Below, one piece after another: positions 34,198-47,568 of a stretch of DNA of 64,000 nucleotides. The notes beneath the pieces were generated by a model. The model saw only the letters and a list, made by a program, of their open reading frames with translations, did not search any database and was not told the DNA's origin. This stretch comes from Eremomyces bilateralis CBS 781.70 (taxonomy: Eukaryota): NCBI GenBank assembly GCA_010015585.1, contig ML975151.1; one strand, 5' to 3'. Every line of letters begins with the position of its first letter. Position 1 is the stretch's first letter. The position numbers and the translations under genes are program-made.

Positions 34198-37100
34198 CTA
34201 TGCATTTCCCATCCCAGACATGAACCTAAGGAAATACGTCTCGTACGATGTTCTGTCCGTCGTCGGGCCCTTGCCGTCGGCATGCGTCTGCTCTAGCATT
34301 CCCCGACATAGTTCCTTGATCAGCTCCGTGACGGTCGCCTCCGAGACCTGCATGGCCGTCAACTCGCCCTCCAGCTGCCGGACGTACAGCAGCCCCGTCT
34401 TCCGCAGCAGCTTGATCTGCATCTTCGAGATCTCGATCGCCATGCCGCGGCCAAGAGGATACTTGATCGTGAACCCGTTGGACGTGGGGACCGCCCACGC
34501 GAGCGGCGCGAACCGCTGTAGGGCGAACGTGTCGAAGCCGGGGAAGATCGGGCTGGGCTCGGACGTCTGTCCGTTGATTTGAGGCTGGTTGGGCTTGTGC
34601 AGGCCGAGATTTTGGAGGAAGCTTTCGGGGAGCGCGACATCGGGGCCGCCCCAGACAGAAATGAAGCGACTGAGCACACCGAGCGACATTCGGGCGCTCT
34701 GCATGTCGCTAGCGTCCCCTGCGTACGTGCAAATAGCGGTGATGAGGGTGTCGAAAATGGGTTGGTTGGCTACATTGAGTTAGGCATGGACGTCAAATAG
34801 CCTTACCAGGGCATGGGTGGGGAAAACTTACTTTGACTCACAAAGACCGACGCAAGATCGTTGTTGAGGATGCACGAGATGAAGTCCAAGAACTCCCGAC
34901 GCAATTCCGCAAGCTGGATCTCCTCGTCGGTCCCGGTTGCCGGCTCCCCTAGGCCGGAAAAGATGCGTTGAAGCAGCGGCGTCACAATCGTGTCCAGAAT
35001 GCCGTAGATCTCGGTTTTGAAGGCAAACACGATCTGTTTCAACGATCGTAGGATCGGGGTCATCTCGTCGTTCGTCGAACTCTGAGATAGCAAGCCTTGG
35101 ATCCATCGGGGCAGCTGCTGGAGGATGTTGGAGCCCAGCACGCCGATGAGGCGCGAGAAGGTAAAACGCCCTGCCGTTCGGATGGCCATTTTCGGGGCGA
35201 GGGCCTCTAGGGCAACGAGGGTAACCTCTGCCGCGGGAACAAATGCTTCTGAAATGATCGAAGGCGGTGCGTTGCCTACCGATGAACCCGGTTGCCAATC
35301 AGAGAAGCCACGGGCTAGCGTGCCCAAAGCCATGATATCGTGGTGTAACTGTAGTACGGCCGTCTCATCGCCCCCTTTCGCAGCAGGCAGATTCTTCTCC
35401 ATATCCCCGAAGATCGGGTTCATGACCGATTGAGCATACAAGATCTTCTTGTCAACCTCCACGGTCGTGGCCGACAGCATGCAGCCAACGGCCTCGAAGA
35501 GGTTCAGCTGCGCCTCGAACTTGGCGTCCGAAGATTGATCCTCTTCGGATGACGACATCTCCTCATCGGCGGACGCTTCTGGCAGCTCGGCTTTGATGAC
35601 AAGCAGGTCGGCGATCGCTTCGATCACGTTGGAGACAATGCTGCCAATGTGCGTCTTGAGCGGCTTCACGAGCTTCAAGAACAGGTACCAGGACCGGGTT
35701 CGCACCTTCAGGTGACTGCTATGAAGGAATCGGATGAAGTTCTCCAAAATCGGTGGGATAAGGCCGGGATTGATCTCCAAGGCCTGGCTGTATCGGTTGC
35801 AGATTTCCATATACTGCAACTGCACAGCAGGATGCCCATGCGTTCCGATGCCTATGATAATATTAGCATGACTGCAGAACAGCCTCCATTAGCTACTCAC
35901 CTAGCTCGATCATCTTCGACAGCAACCCAATTGCTTGAGTCTCCGATTGTGTAGGCGCCCCGCCTGGTTTGTGTTTTGAGAACATCCCGCTTCCTTTTGA
36001 TGGCACAACCTCCAATACGAGGAACAGCTCCTGCAAGGCTAGATCCAACTCTCTCCAATCGATACCCGATTGGTGGACCTGGAATTTCTGAAAGCTCTCG
36101 GTCACGATCCGAGCAATCGTCTCCATAACCAAGGGTTCGTTGATCGCAGCCACGGTCTGCTGCAAAACAAAGAGTCTTCTTCTGAGGTCTTGGAATTCGG
36201 CTTCGTCCGTCTCCTCCCCTTCCTCGCCCCAAGAAGCCGTTTCGTCGTACTTCATCTTTGCGATGATGGCGTCCAGAATCGATGGCAGCATCCGCTGATA
36301 CTGATCGGGTAAGGTATCCTTTCGTTTGCGGAAGAAGGTCAGGAGGTCGGTAAGGGAGGGGATGACGGTCGAGCACACTTCGTCGAACTCGTCCGAGAAG
36401 AACCGGAGCAGGAAAGGGACGAAGGTCGAGAGGAGGAGGTCGGCTTGTTGATGGACTTCGGGGGGGCATTGGGTGTCGAGAACCTTGACGATGTCGAAAA
36501 CGACATTGTTGACGAGGCGAGCGACCATCTCAGCCAGATCCGTATCGTACTGCGAGGTGAAGCGGAGCTGCGATAATGGTTGGCTGGCAATGAGCTGGTC
36601 CACGACATTGCTGAGGTTGAGGTAGACCATCAACTGGATTTTCTCGGCGGGTTTCATTTTCTTCGCAACCGTCTCGCTGAACGCTTCGATGGCAACGTCT
36701 CGTAATTTCGCCCTCCCCTCGTCCGATTCTCGTGATATGACCTGCTGACCCGCGATGTCGAAGAGCGCCGAAATCAAGGTCTGGTTGACGATGAGGGATA
36801 TATCCATCCAGCTCACCCATCGGCTGATGGTCCGAATGCACATCTCGACGATAGTTTGGTCTATCCGGCTCCATTTCGAGAGAATATCTTGCCATGACGT
36901 CGCGATCGCCTGAGCATCCCGTTCCCTGATTAAATCCTTCAAGTCATTGTTCCGCCTTTGCTCCTCCCCACTCCGCGGCGCCAGCACATCAGCAATCTCG
37001 TCATGTATCGATCCCAGTAGCCTCAAATACATGATCGTGCCAATCGGGTTGCTTTCCGCGATGTTGGGAGGCTCTCCCTCTGCGAGGCTGCGGAAGTCTG

Positions 37101-37556
37101 CCAGACATGACGTCCAAGATGTCGGATATAATGAAGCAAACAACGCCGTCAGAGCCTGCGTGAGTTTGTTCTGGATATGCGGTGTCTCGACCTTGTCTGC
37201 CGTCGGAGGACCGCCATATGTCCGTTTCGTATATTGCATCAACTCGGAGCGGATGTACTCGAGGGTCTGCTTATCGACCTGGGGCGATTGGATGGCATTG
37301 TTGATGACTTCCAAGCAGAAGTGCCGCACAATCTCCTCCGCCTTAGGCGATCGAACAAAGAGAGTGAGGCAGTACTGTCCTGCCGAAGGGTCGGAGCGGA
37401 TTTGGTTGAGGAAGTTAATGGCCTGGGTCTTGAGATTTGGATCCGCGGCTGGGTTCCAGGCAATCTGAACGGCGTTTTCTATCTGGAAGGTGATGTTGGT
37501 GAGCAACATAGGACTTGAAAGTTGGACAAGGAGCATCTAGTTACCTGGCCGTCCAT
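34198..37556 (-). CDS. LOS1: Exportin-T (tRNA nuclear export receptor)
   Basis: MDGQ-IENAVQIAWNP, HIQNKLTQAL, IHDEIAD, RNNDLKDLIRERD, WVSWMDISLI, RFFSDEFDEVCSTV, KVRTRSWYLF. Introns 37544..37483, 35900..35852, 34831..34770. Confidence 0.92.
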
Positions 37557-38496
37557 ATCCACCCAGGCCGCCCACCGGTCCTATACGTATAAGGATGAAG
37601 GTCGTAAGAATGTCAGGTGGTTGTTATCTGACGCTTGACATCGGTACCCGGCAGGTTATGGGGAATGGAGCGGATTTAGCAGGTGTACGCCTCGGGAGAT
37701 AATGAAGGTCGTCGACTAAACAAATTGGACTGGACAAATGGTCGCAACAATGATATTCATTCCAGCCAAAAAGAATTGGTGAGCTGGCAGGGAACGGCGT
37801 GACCGGGGCTTTGCCGTTAGTACAGACAACCAATAATAAATGAGGCCTTTCGATGATCGATGAGGTCTAGACAGGCGAGTCTAGTGGTGGCTTTCGAGAA
37901 AGGACGGTGACACATAAAATGTAGAAGATCACCTTGGCAGTAACTTCGTTGAATTGATATTGATGATCGATAGCCCAGCAATGCGAACTGTGAGCTCGTT
38001 AAGTTTAGTCCCCAAATTTTCCCGAGCTTCAGCAAAATGGCCAATCTCGCCCAATCTCGAGCTCCACTATCCAAACTGCGGATATCGATCCTTCCCCGTC
38101 ATAATGCGATGCAGCTTGCCGTGAGTCTCTACATATATGTTCAATAATGCCCTGGGTGTATTCCCTGGAAATGTTCTGTATCCTTGGATTATTTTGGTTT
38201 AAGTTATGCATAGGGCGTGGTTTACAAGGCTCCGCTCACTCATTCACTCACTGTATCCGTAGGTGATACGACAGTAGACACACCAGAATGAGGACCTTAT
38301 CCTGGACCCAAATCCTTCTCCAAGTGGTCCAAACAAGAATATTTTCCTATAGGTATTCCTAAAGCCTCTGCTTTGATGCTCTAAGCTCGTCTTTAGAATT
38401 AATCCAGGGGTGTGTCGAAGGATTTCTATACAATTGTAGTGATATTAACCAAGATCCCTTCTTTGGAGGGCTTGGTAGACCATCTAGTCCAGATAC

Positions 38497-39520
38497 TTAC
38501 AGGATATGTTTCGAGGACAGGAACTTCGCAGCATAACTGACATGGTTATCGGCAAAGCTCGAAATGAAATAGTAGCTGTGGTCATAATCTGGCTGCATGC
38601 GGAGGGTGATATCCGTATCGTTGCCCGCCTCCTTGGCCGCCGCAATGAAGTTCTCTGGAAGCAACTGTCCCTGCTTGTAGAAGTTGTCGCCAGTTCCCTA
38701 AGGTTGATAAGCAGGTGCGAAAGTCATCATATCTAGCTTACTCACCACATCGATCAGCAGACTCAGCGGACCTTTCCACTTCTTGACCAGCTCGGTCGCA
38801 TCGTGCTCTTGCCATTTCGACTGATCTTCGCCGAAGTAGCCGTTGAATGCCTTCTGGCCCCAGGGGCAGTTGATTGGATTGGCAATTGGCGCGAATGCGG
38901 AGCATGACTTGTACATCCCAGGGTTTCGGAGGAACTGGCAGAGATATTAGCGAAATACTGAAGACTTTAGTTGTAGAGAGTCAAACCAGTGTCAAGGCGC
39001 CATGCCCGCCCATTGAGTGACCTGTGATACTGACTTTTGACGAGTCCAGCTCTGGGAACGAACTGAACAGCGCCTTGGGGAGCTCATCGGCAATGTAGGA
39101 GTACATATTGTAGCCCTTGGTCCATGGCTCTTTTGTGGCGTCGACGTAAAAGCCTGCACCACTACCAAAGTCATATGCATCATCTTCCCCTTCGATTTTC
39201 AAGCCCCCTAGATAATATCAACCAGCCATCCGACGTCTGAGAATAAAGTCTTGCGTAAACATACGTGGACTGGTGTCCGGATAGACGATTGCGATGCCGT
39301 GCTCACTTGCGGGCTTTTGGAAGAATCCCTTTTCGGCGCAATTGTCTCCCGTGCAGGTCAGGCCGGATAGATAGAATAGGACCGGGACTTTCCCCGACTG
39401 GGCCTGTGGGGGAAGGTAGAGGTTCAAATTCATATCGCAGTTCGTGCTAGAAGCCTTGTGGGTGAGCTTCAGGAGCTTACCGCCGCACGAGGCGATGGTC
39501 GCGTTCGTGGTGAAGGCCAT
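38497..39520 (-). CDS. S-formylglutathione hydrolase (esterase D)
   Basis: [36 protein letters not shown], nucleophile [18 protein letters not shown]. Introns 39264..39208, 38986..38935, 38745..38698. Confidence 0.95.
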
Positions 39521-40036
39521 TTTGGCAGGCAATGGTCCTAATCTCAAGTAGATCGAAGGAAAGGAAGAAAGTCAAATTGAATATAAATCACTGTGCAGAT
39601 TTGATCTATATAAATCTCGCATGAGATGTAGTTCGCCTGCAAAACTGACGTAGCGCGGGGTGGCAGGGTTGATGGGCTTTTCCCTTTTAGGTCCGAATGT
39701 CCCCGTCTGTATCAATATTATCGAACCCCTGGGTGAGGAAATATAAAGGTCTGGTTCTTTGCGAATAAGATAGTAATGCATTTCGTATAAAGTGTGTGCG
39801 AAGTCTTTGTATCTTAATCGCGCAGGTGCTGTGCTATCTCGATTCTGAGCGCAGATGTCGATATCGCTTGTTCCCAGGAGACTACCATCACCTCGCGATG
39901 TTTGCATTTGGGAATAGAAAACCCGCTGACTACCCAATGTCCAAATGCTTGATGATTCCGATTACCACAAACGCCTCATACTGCCTGGATCCGTGCCTAA
40001 CCATTCCAGCTCGTGCCTCGCCATGTCCCTAATCGC

Positions 40037-40706
40037 TCACAGCAGCTCTTCGCAGGTCCAATCTTCGTAGCTGTGACGGTAAGGTTAGCATTAGAAATAG
40101 GCAGTAGAGAAAGTAGAGAGACATACCAGCCATCCGGGAGATATCTCCGCACAACCAACGGAATCTTCTTCTCGCGCAGCTCCTTGATCGCAATCTGAAG
40201 CGGATCCGTCTCCCCCTCCAAGTCCACCAGAACCGGCGCATTCATACTAATCGCCAGGAACACATTAGAAAACCCTCCCCCCTCGCTCAAGCTAAACCTT
40301 GGTTGCGTCTCACCTGATCTGCAGCGCCCTCGTCCCCAAGATCCTCGCCCTCTCGTACTTCGTCATATACGGCGTCGTCATCCGCTTATCCTTATCGACC
40401 TTCTTATCCTTCTGCGCGGCGACCGTGTTCGTCGGCGTGGGCTTGTTGACCGCCTTGCCGTTTTCGCTGTGCACGATGTTGTTCGGGTCGGGTTCGCCCT
40501 CCGCCCGCCGCTCTTCCGGGTCGACGATGTCCTGGCCCGCCGCGGGCGATTCGTAGTCCTCGGGTGTGAATGATTCGGGGGCTTCGTCGTACTCGTCGCC
40601 AGCGGGGCCCTCACTATTGGATTGAGTCAGTAGAATTGGAGGAAGCGGGAGGCAGGAGATCGTACTCGAGTATCATATCATGGTCGTCGTCGCCGGCGTC
40701 TGACAT
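40037..40706 (-). CDS. RPB6: RNA polymerase I/II/III common subunit RPB6 (RPABC2)
   Basis: Acidic N-terminus, [71 protein letters not shown]. Three introns. Confidence 0.96.
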
Positions 40707-41061
40707 GTTGGCGGCGTGTAAAGTCACTTGAATCGGCTTTAGGAAAAGTAAAGAAAGCGGCCACGGGTCAAGGTGAAGTGGTAAAATGAGATGGAAGCAC
40801 AGATATTAGTAGTTAATGTGACCGTAGCAGAATAGAACTGGTGAAGTCTGTCTCAGCACGTCTGTTCGCCAAGAAAAAATGTTGGAATGGGTCCCGTCGT
40901 CAGGGTCCGCCACACTTTTATTCCCCCTCCCAAGGGCAATAATATATTCTACAACAACAATTGTACACCAAGTTCAGAACACGGTATTCTCCTTTAAATT
41001 GTGCTATGAGTTAGAGAAGGAGTCGGAATTCGGAGATCCCTCTTATACCGAGGACCTCAAA

Positions 41062-42535
41062 ATGCTTGCCCAACCGTCCCTCAAGCGACATGCATTTGAT
41101 TTCCAGGACGCAAGTCCAAGTAAAAGGACACGCAGAGGTAAGATCGTCTCCCATGGTATCCATCGATTTACTCACACAATTTCTAGCCTCCGACGAGCTC
41201 CCAGACATAGATGAGGACATCATCTCTCCAGAGCATCTCATATCTGAAACAGAATGCACCCCTCGCACCACCCGCTCCTCCTCCACCGCCTCCCGTCCCA
41301 AGATCTACGACTGCCCCTACGACGCCTGCGGCAAGTCCTTCAACCGCCCCTGCCGCCTCTCCGACCACATCCGCACGCATACCAATGAACGCACCCACGC
41401 ATGCCCGTACCCCGACTGCGCGAAGACCTTCTTCCGCGACACCCACATGAACCGGCACATCAAGTCGGCGCACAAGCAAGAGCACAACTACGGGTGCACG
41501 TGGGCGGGGTGCGGCAAGCGGTTCAACACGGGGACGCGGCTCCGACGACATATGAAAACGCATGAGGACGTCCAGTTCCAGTGCACGGAGTACCCGCCTT
41601 GCGGCGAGATGTTCAGGAAGCATTCGACCCTCGCGGCGCATGTCTCGGAGGTGCACCTGGGCCGGAAACCGTATCCGTGTCCATACACCGACGATAGCAC
41701 CGGCGAGGCATGTCCCCGGGGCTACGACAGCGCTGCGAAGTTGAAGAGCCACATTGAGCAAAACCACGAGAGCAGCAAATCCTACTGGTGTCCCACCTGT
41801 ACCCAACACGCCTCGTCCCAGCTCTCCGATCAGCTCTCCGACTCCCCCCAACAACCCCCCCATCTTGCTCCATTCCCCACATACCGTGCCCTCCAGACTC
41901 ACATCCGCGACGCACACCCGCCCCAATGCCCACACTGCTCGACGCCCATCCACCGCGCCGCGGCGCTACGCGCGCACATCGAGCTCCACCACCCCGACGC
42001 CCCGGAGCGGCCGGACCCCGCGGACTGCAAATACGCGTGCGACATGGACGGGTGCGGGCGGGCGTTCACGCGGCAGGGGATCCTGGCGGAGCATAAGCGG
42101 CTACATCATCGGAAGGCAGGGCGGAAGGGGGATGCGGAGGTGTATGTGGCGGCGAGGAAGGGGAAGAGGTCGGATACGGTGATGCGGTTGACGGGGGCGG
42201 GGTATGAGGAGAGTGGGCGGGAGGTGGGGTGTCCGGTTGGGGGATGCGGGTGGCGGTTTTTCAAGGGGAGGGCACTGAAGGGGCATTTGGAGGGGTTGCA
42301 TGGGATGAGTGGGCGGGAGGTGGCGGAGATGGTGTTGGAGCAGGAGGCGGTGGTGGGGGGGCAGTTTTGGGTGGGGGCGAGGGGGATGGGGTTGGGAGTT
42401 GTGGATGAGGAGGAGGACGAGGATAATCGGTGGTTGGATCGGGAGATGGGAATTGAGGAGGGGATGGAGGGGATGGAGTTGAAGAGGGCGGAACCGGTAG
42501 GTGAGGACATGATTGATCCTATGATCTTAGGGTGA
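41062..42535 (+). CDS. PZF1: Transcription factor IIIA (multi-C2H2 zinc finger)
   Basis: Array of C2H2 fingers (CPYDACGKSFNRPCRLSDHIRTHTNER..., CGKRFNTGTRLRRH, CTEYPPCGEMFRKHSTL) with a spacer before the last finger. Intron 41138..41186. Divergent from RPB6, as in yeast. Confidence 0.88.
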
Positions 42536-45500
42536 GGGATCAGATGTTGTTCACGGTGATGGCGTTGCGTCACGAGGTCCTGTGTTTAGCGGAGCGTTGA
42601 TATATTGATATATGTGTTGAAGGATCATCCCAAATCACCTCTTTGCGAAGCGGTGCTACCATCTGGGAGAGGATATATATAGGTCTTCAGTACTATATGT
42701 GTTTCAAACTAAGTAGATAGAAACTTGCTCACCAGGGCTTCTACAGAGCCGCAATATCACGCAACATACCACTCCACCAATGTGACCCATCCTCCGAACG
42801 TACCTATCTTTCGAATTTGCTATACTATATCACTGCAATAACTACATGTGATATTCTGACTTGCCTCCATCATGTCAACCCTGAGCGCATCTCCAATATA
42901 AGCAGCAGTAGTGTCAGCAAAATAGACACTAAACGTTGTCAGGTCATCTCGGGCGTCATTTGATAGTCGGTCCGGAACCGGAACCGAGCACCTATATCGA
43001 AGCCCTAACAGCTGTGATCGCCGGTGCAACATATATTGCTGCTCAGGGTTGAGGGGTTGGCAGTCACTATGTGGTATGGATGCCTTTAGGTACGTGGTGT
43101 TGTTGGCTGGCTGAGCGCAGGGAAGTCATCCTAGAGGAGAAGAAGAGTCGAGCCGACTTGTTTCAGTTGGTGGAGAGGAATGGTGGTAGAGCTGCTCTTT
43201 CGGAAATTCTAGGTTTGATCAGCACAAAGGATTGAGTGATGAGAGGTATCTTGGCATACGGCGTGCGGATCTCTTCGAGAACCGACTGGAAACGAGACGT
43301 TCTTAACTTTTCCCCGGGCGTTGATTGTCCTGGTCGAGATATATCACTGTCCATTTCCTCATCGTAGCACCTCAGTGCAATCGGCCTCACCCTCCTCCTA
43401 ACATGTCGCCGTGATTCTCTTCTAGTCATCATCGACCATCTACTCCCTTCATAGTTCATATCCCCCAAACCCACTAGCCGTCTTCTCTTCTCGTTTCCGA
43501 TCATCATCTCACCCGTCCATTCAGCACAAAACCCCCAATCTGTCAATCATGCCGATCATTCATGTGCAACCACCCCATCGTTCTAGAAGATTACGAAATC
43601 GGGGTGGCTGGGACCGCATGTGGGTTATCATCCCGTGCTATCGACAGGGTTCGAGGGCTGCCCCGGTGGGGTGATCGGCGCCGGTTATTGGGATGGAATA
43701 TATATCCTGGTACGAATATGTAACTCAGGTGAGGGCCCCGGGATGGTTGCCAGCTTCAAATCAGTTCTGGCGACTCTTTGTTGGGGGCGGGCAGGGTATT
43801 CGACATCGGCAGGGATCATGGCGAGGAAAGGACAGGCGATGAGGCGAGGTATGGCACGCCGTCTTGGTTGACGCACATAACATCATACTGTTGGGGATTC
43901 CTGGTTCCTGATGGCGGAATAGGACGGCATCGTCTTGGCTGGCAATGAGTGGGCGCAGAATCCTGCCAGACTGGTGGCTATGGGACTCTTGGTATACTGG
44001 AATTGGAGGTGCAACTAGGCGACGCATAGAGGTATTTGACATGGGATATAGGTAGGCAATAGTTGGATAGACGGACGAAATGATGCGCATGAATAAAAAG
44101 TGGTATTAGGCGATGTCTGTATAGCCGGGAATGAGTTGACGGATGACGAGATCAGCGCAGCTTGCTAGCGCCTAACATACCTAGTCTATCAACGTCTGGG
44201 CGATGATATGCCTCTTCTGCTATGGATGCATCATGCATGGAAGACTAATCGAATTGAAGACCTGTGCGAGATCGCTGCCCTACCGGAAAGTCTGTGATGC
44301 CAACGATTGACAGAGTGTAGATTGGGTTAAGCATAAATATGCGGTGATCGGTGAACAATGGGACGCCATGTCGAGAAACGGGCGAGCGACACAAGACTGG
44401 CGTACAAGATGTACATTGTACCGTGGTAGTTCTGTGCTGCTGGTTTGGGGGTCCCTGTCGTTATAATCATCGTCTCCAATGATCATTCTGGTAGGTGGTA
44501 TTCTGCTATTGCGTCTCCTGCACGATTTCTCAACTTGTAAACGCTGAGTACTCCCAGTGCGAACCAACCTTCAAACCATTCGCAAGGACTTACCTACCTA
44601 CCTGCTTACCAAGTTACCTTGGAGGTGATGGGAACACATGCATGCGTCTCGTAAAGCCACCGTGACACAACCGGCTGGAATATCTGTCCATGTCCACGTT
44701 CCCCTGTGGGAGGTTGTGACAGAGCGCGGTTTGATCAAGCAGCTCATTTCGGGAGTTGGGTCGTCGTGCATTTCGGGTGGTTCAAGGAAGTACTTGGATA
44801 TGTAGGTACACTGGAAGTACGCCCGGTCTGTTCATGCATCACGAGACATCCAGAGTTGAGGCCCGAGATGGTAGTTTGCTGGTGGTGGAAGGGTGCGCAC
44901 TTGGGAGATTTCCAGGGGGGGGTCATGGCGGGAATGCGGAATATCGTCCGCGCTGGTGAGGTAGATCGTTTAGTTGAATAATAAACGAACATGAACTAAG
45001 ATGCATCGTAACGAATATGGGACTGATTTGAAGTGTCGTTTTCTTGGGTAGTCGACCCACGGTTGGCAACCGGTAGGGCTGGAGAGTGATACAGGGCAGA
45101 TAAAGCGAGACAAATATATTCTGCTCAAAGAGTGGTATGTAATTTGAAAATGTTGAGCCTTAAAATAATAATAAGTTAGCAGGTTCCCATCCTAATTAAT
45201 TACCGTACGCCACCTTGCTGATGGCTTGATGGGGCAAATTGAACCTAAAGAGACTCCTGGATTCCTGCAGTGTGGCCTACATCAGCAAACATCCCGCTTC
45301 GTTTGCGCAGCCACCGAAGTGCTATTCCGATTCACGATGCCACTACCGACGAAGTGAGGACGGACGTGGCACTCACATGCTTCCCGTCGCATTGATAGGA
45401 TGAACAGGCGAAAACAAAAGCAATTAAACCCCCTCTACGGAGTAAACCAACGCCAAAAAACGAGGCTGAATCGTGGTACTAACTCTTAACGATCTTAGCG

Positions 45501-47568
45501 GAAGCATGTTTCGAACGGGTGCAAGCCACCACCAGGGGTACGAATGTACGATTGATGAACCGGCCGGCGATTGGTCGGATTGGACGAGCGCCCGATGCAT
45601 AGTCCGTGAGTCAACGGGGTTTAGCGGCACCAGCGGCAGCATAGCCCTGCAAAGTGCAAAGGGACAAAACAAAAGATCGCCGGCGTTGCTTGGAAAGAGC
45701 TTGGAAGATGGGGGAGGCGGGCTTCCAGAAGGTTTCCACCCCCAGTCGCGTGCCAACAACTGCATGGAAAGCATGTCAATTGTTCCCTTGCCAAGTGCCG
45801 CTGGTCGAATCAACGGGTCGAGACTTGATCCCCGCCTTCGTATGATCGATAGAAGGCCAGAGAGTCTCATCCATTCTGGAGTCCTTCCAATCATCGAAAT
45901 CTCTATCGAATCTTTCGAATCCTCGCTCCGTTGCTCCGTGGTTCTCGATTGGCTCGAGTTGTCTTTTCCGCGTTCCGCTCCGCTGGACTGGTGTAGGAGC
46001 GAGTCCATCATCTGCTTGTCCTTCTGTGCTGCATTTTGAAAGGCGACGCACCTTACTATTGTGGATCGTTGCTGGACGGTGGTGGTGGCTGCTTTGTACC
46101 CGCCAGATCTCGAGTCCTTCGAAAAGCATATCGCATCCATCCTCACATTCATTCTGTCCCATCTCCTCTCATCTCATCTTGACTCGAGCTTGGCTCTTCT
46201 CTTACCATTGTTGCTTCAATCCGAGTCGATTCCATCCAAACCTCTGATCCATCGCCCGAGACATTGAATGGTCGGTTTGACACCTTGGATCGGTTCCTGC
46301 ATCTGCATCGTGGAACACCCCAGCCTTCGACTCCCGTGATAGTCAATGGTCTAGTTCGACGCATTGGCACATCAATAGTGAGACGATCTGTCTTCTGTCT
46401 TCCGTGGTATTTTCTGTATGTACAAGTTTTATATCTTATGCTCCGCACTCGCACTGTTGCACTCTGCTGTTCCCCTAGACCCTAATGGAGGTCTGGCTCT
46501 TTCTTTAGAGTTTAGAGTTTAGACACCTTCCCACTTGGGCGTCCCTCGTCCCCAACTGATCCCATCCTCCCACCGTTTCTCCAATCCGCGAATTCCGATC
46601 ACTTCCTCCCACACTTCTTCAACTCGACCGATTCCGCCGTGGAGTCTTTGCTTCGGCAATTGGAACTGGCCTTAGACACTTTGTCTCTTCGCTTCTACAT
46701 CGAGTCGTCTTCTCGTTGCGGTCCGCTTACACCCACTTCTCCCGCACTGACACCTGGCCCTCTCCGCGTTGCTGACGCCACCAAGAGAGCCAGACTTCCG
46801 GACTACCAAGCCCATCGCCAACCTACCTGCACCCTTTGTTTCACCTTCATGCCACTCTTTTCCTCTGTTCCTCGGGTCTTACTGTCTTACGCCTCATCCT
46901 CCAAACCTAACCCGATCGCCAGCAAATTCGCGCTCGATAACCCTTCCCCATTGCCTCCCGTTGCTGGCTCGAGTCTACTTATCACCGGCGCTCCACCTTT
47001 GATCTTCGCATAAACCATTGAACCTTCGGAGCTCACGTCACGGACCTCGAATCCTTCCGCGTTCGGCACCGCAACCGCTCTTGACAAATACGACCTTCCT
47101 GCCCGGTGTCTGACAACACCGGGACTCGACAATTCGCGGCTGATCACTCGGAACATCGCTCAACAGCGTGTGCTCAGATTCAATCCCGATTATCACCCTC
47201 GAATATCGGGTCGAGAACGCCAATTGCCACTAACGTTCGGTGAGACGCATATTTTCACGCTGTGGACGCAACTTCCCGAAACGAACCAGTCGAGATCGCG
47301 CGTTCCATTTCTGATATCGGTTTCCTCCAGCGGTCACTCCCTGCTCCACCGCGACTCGCTAGACTCTCCCCGCGACTTCTACAATTCCGATCGATGTCTC
47401 TGTCTTCGTAAATCGATCGTCGCATTGCATCCGCCACTATCCGCCTCATTCAACTCAATGCGACAGCCTGCGTGGCCTCCCTCTTCCGTGTGCGACATCA
47501 TATCCGCCTCGACCTCGCCGTGGTAAACGTCTGGTGCAGAACCGGGCGCACGTTGTTTCCACACGGCC

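Noticed and set aside
45424..46152. 242-aa minus-strand ORF and overlapping 188-aa plus-strand ORF
   Set aside because: No motifs or codon bias; more likely promoter or leader sequence of the PDE gene.
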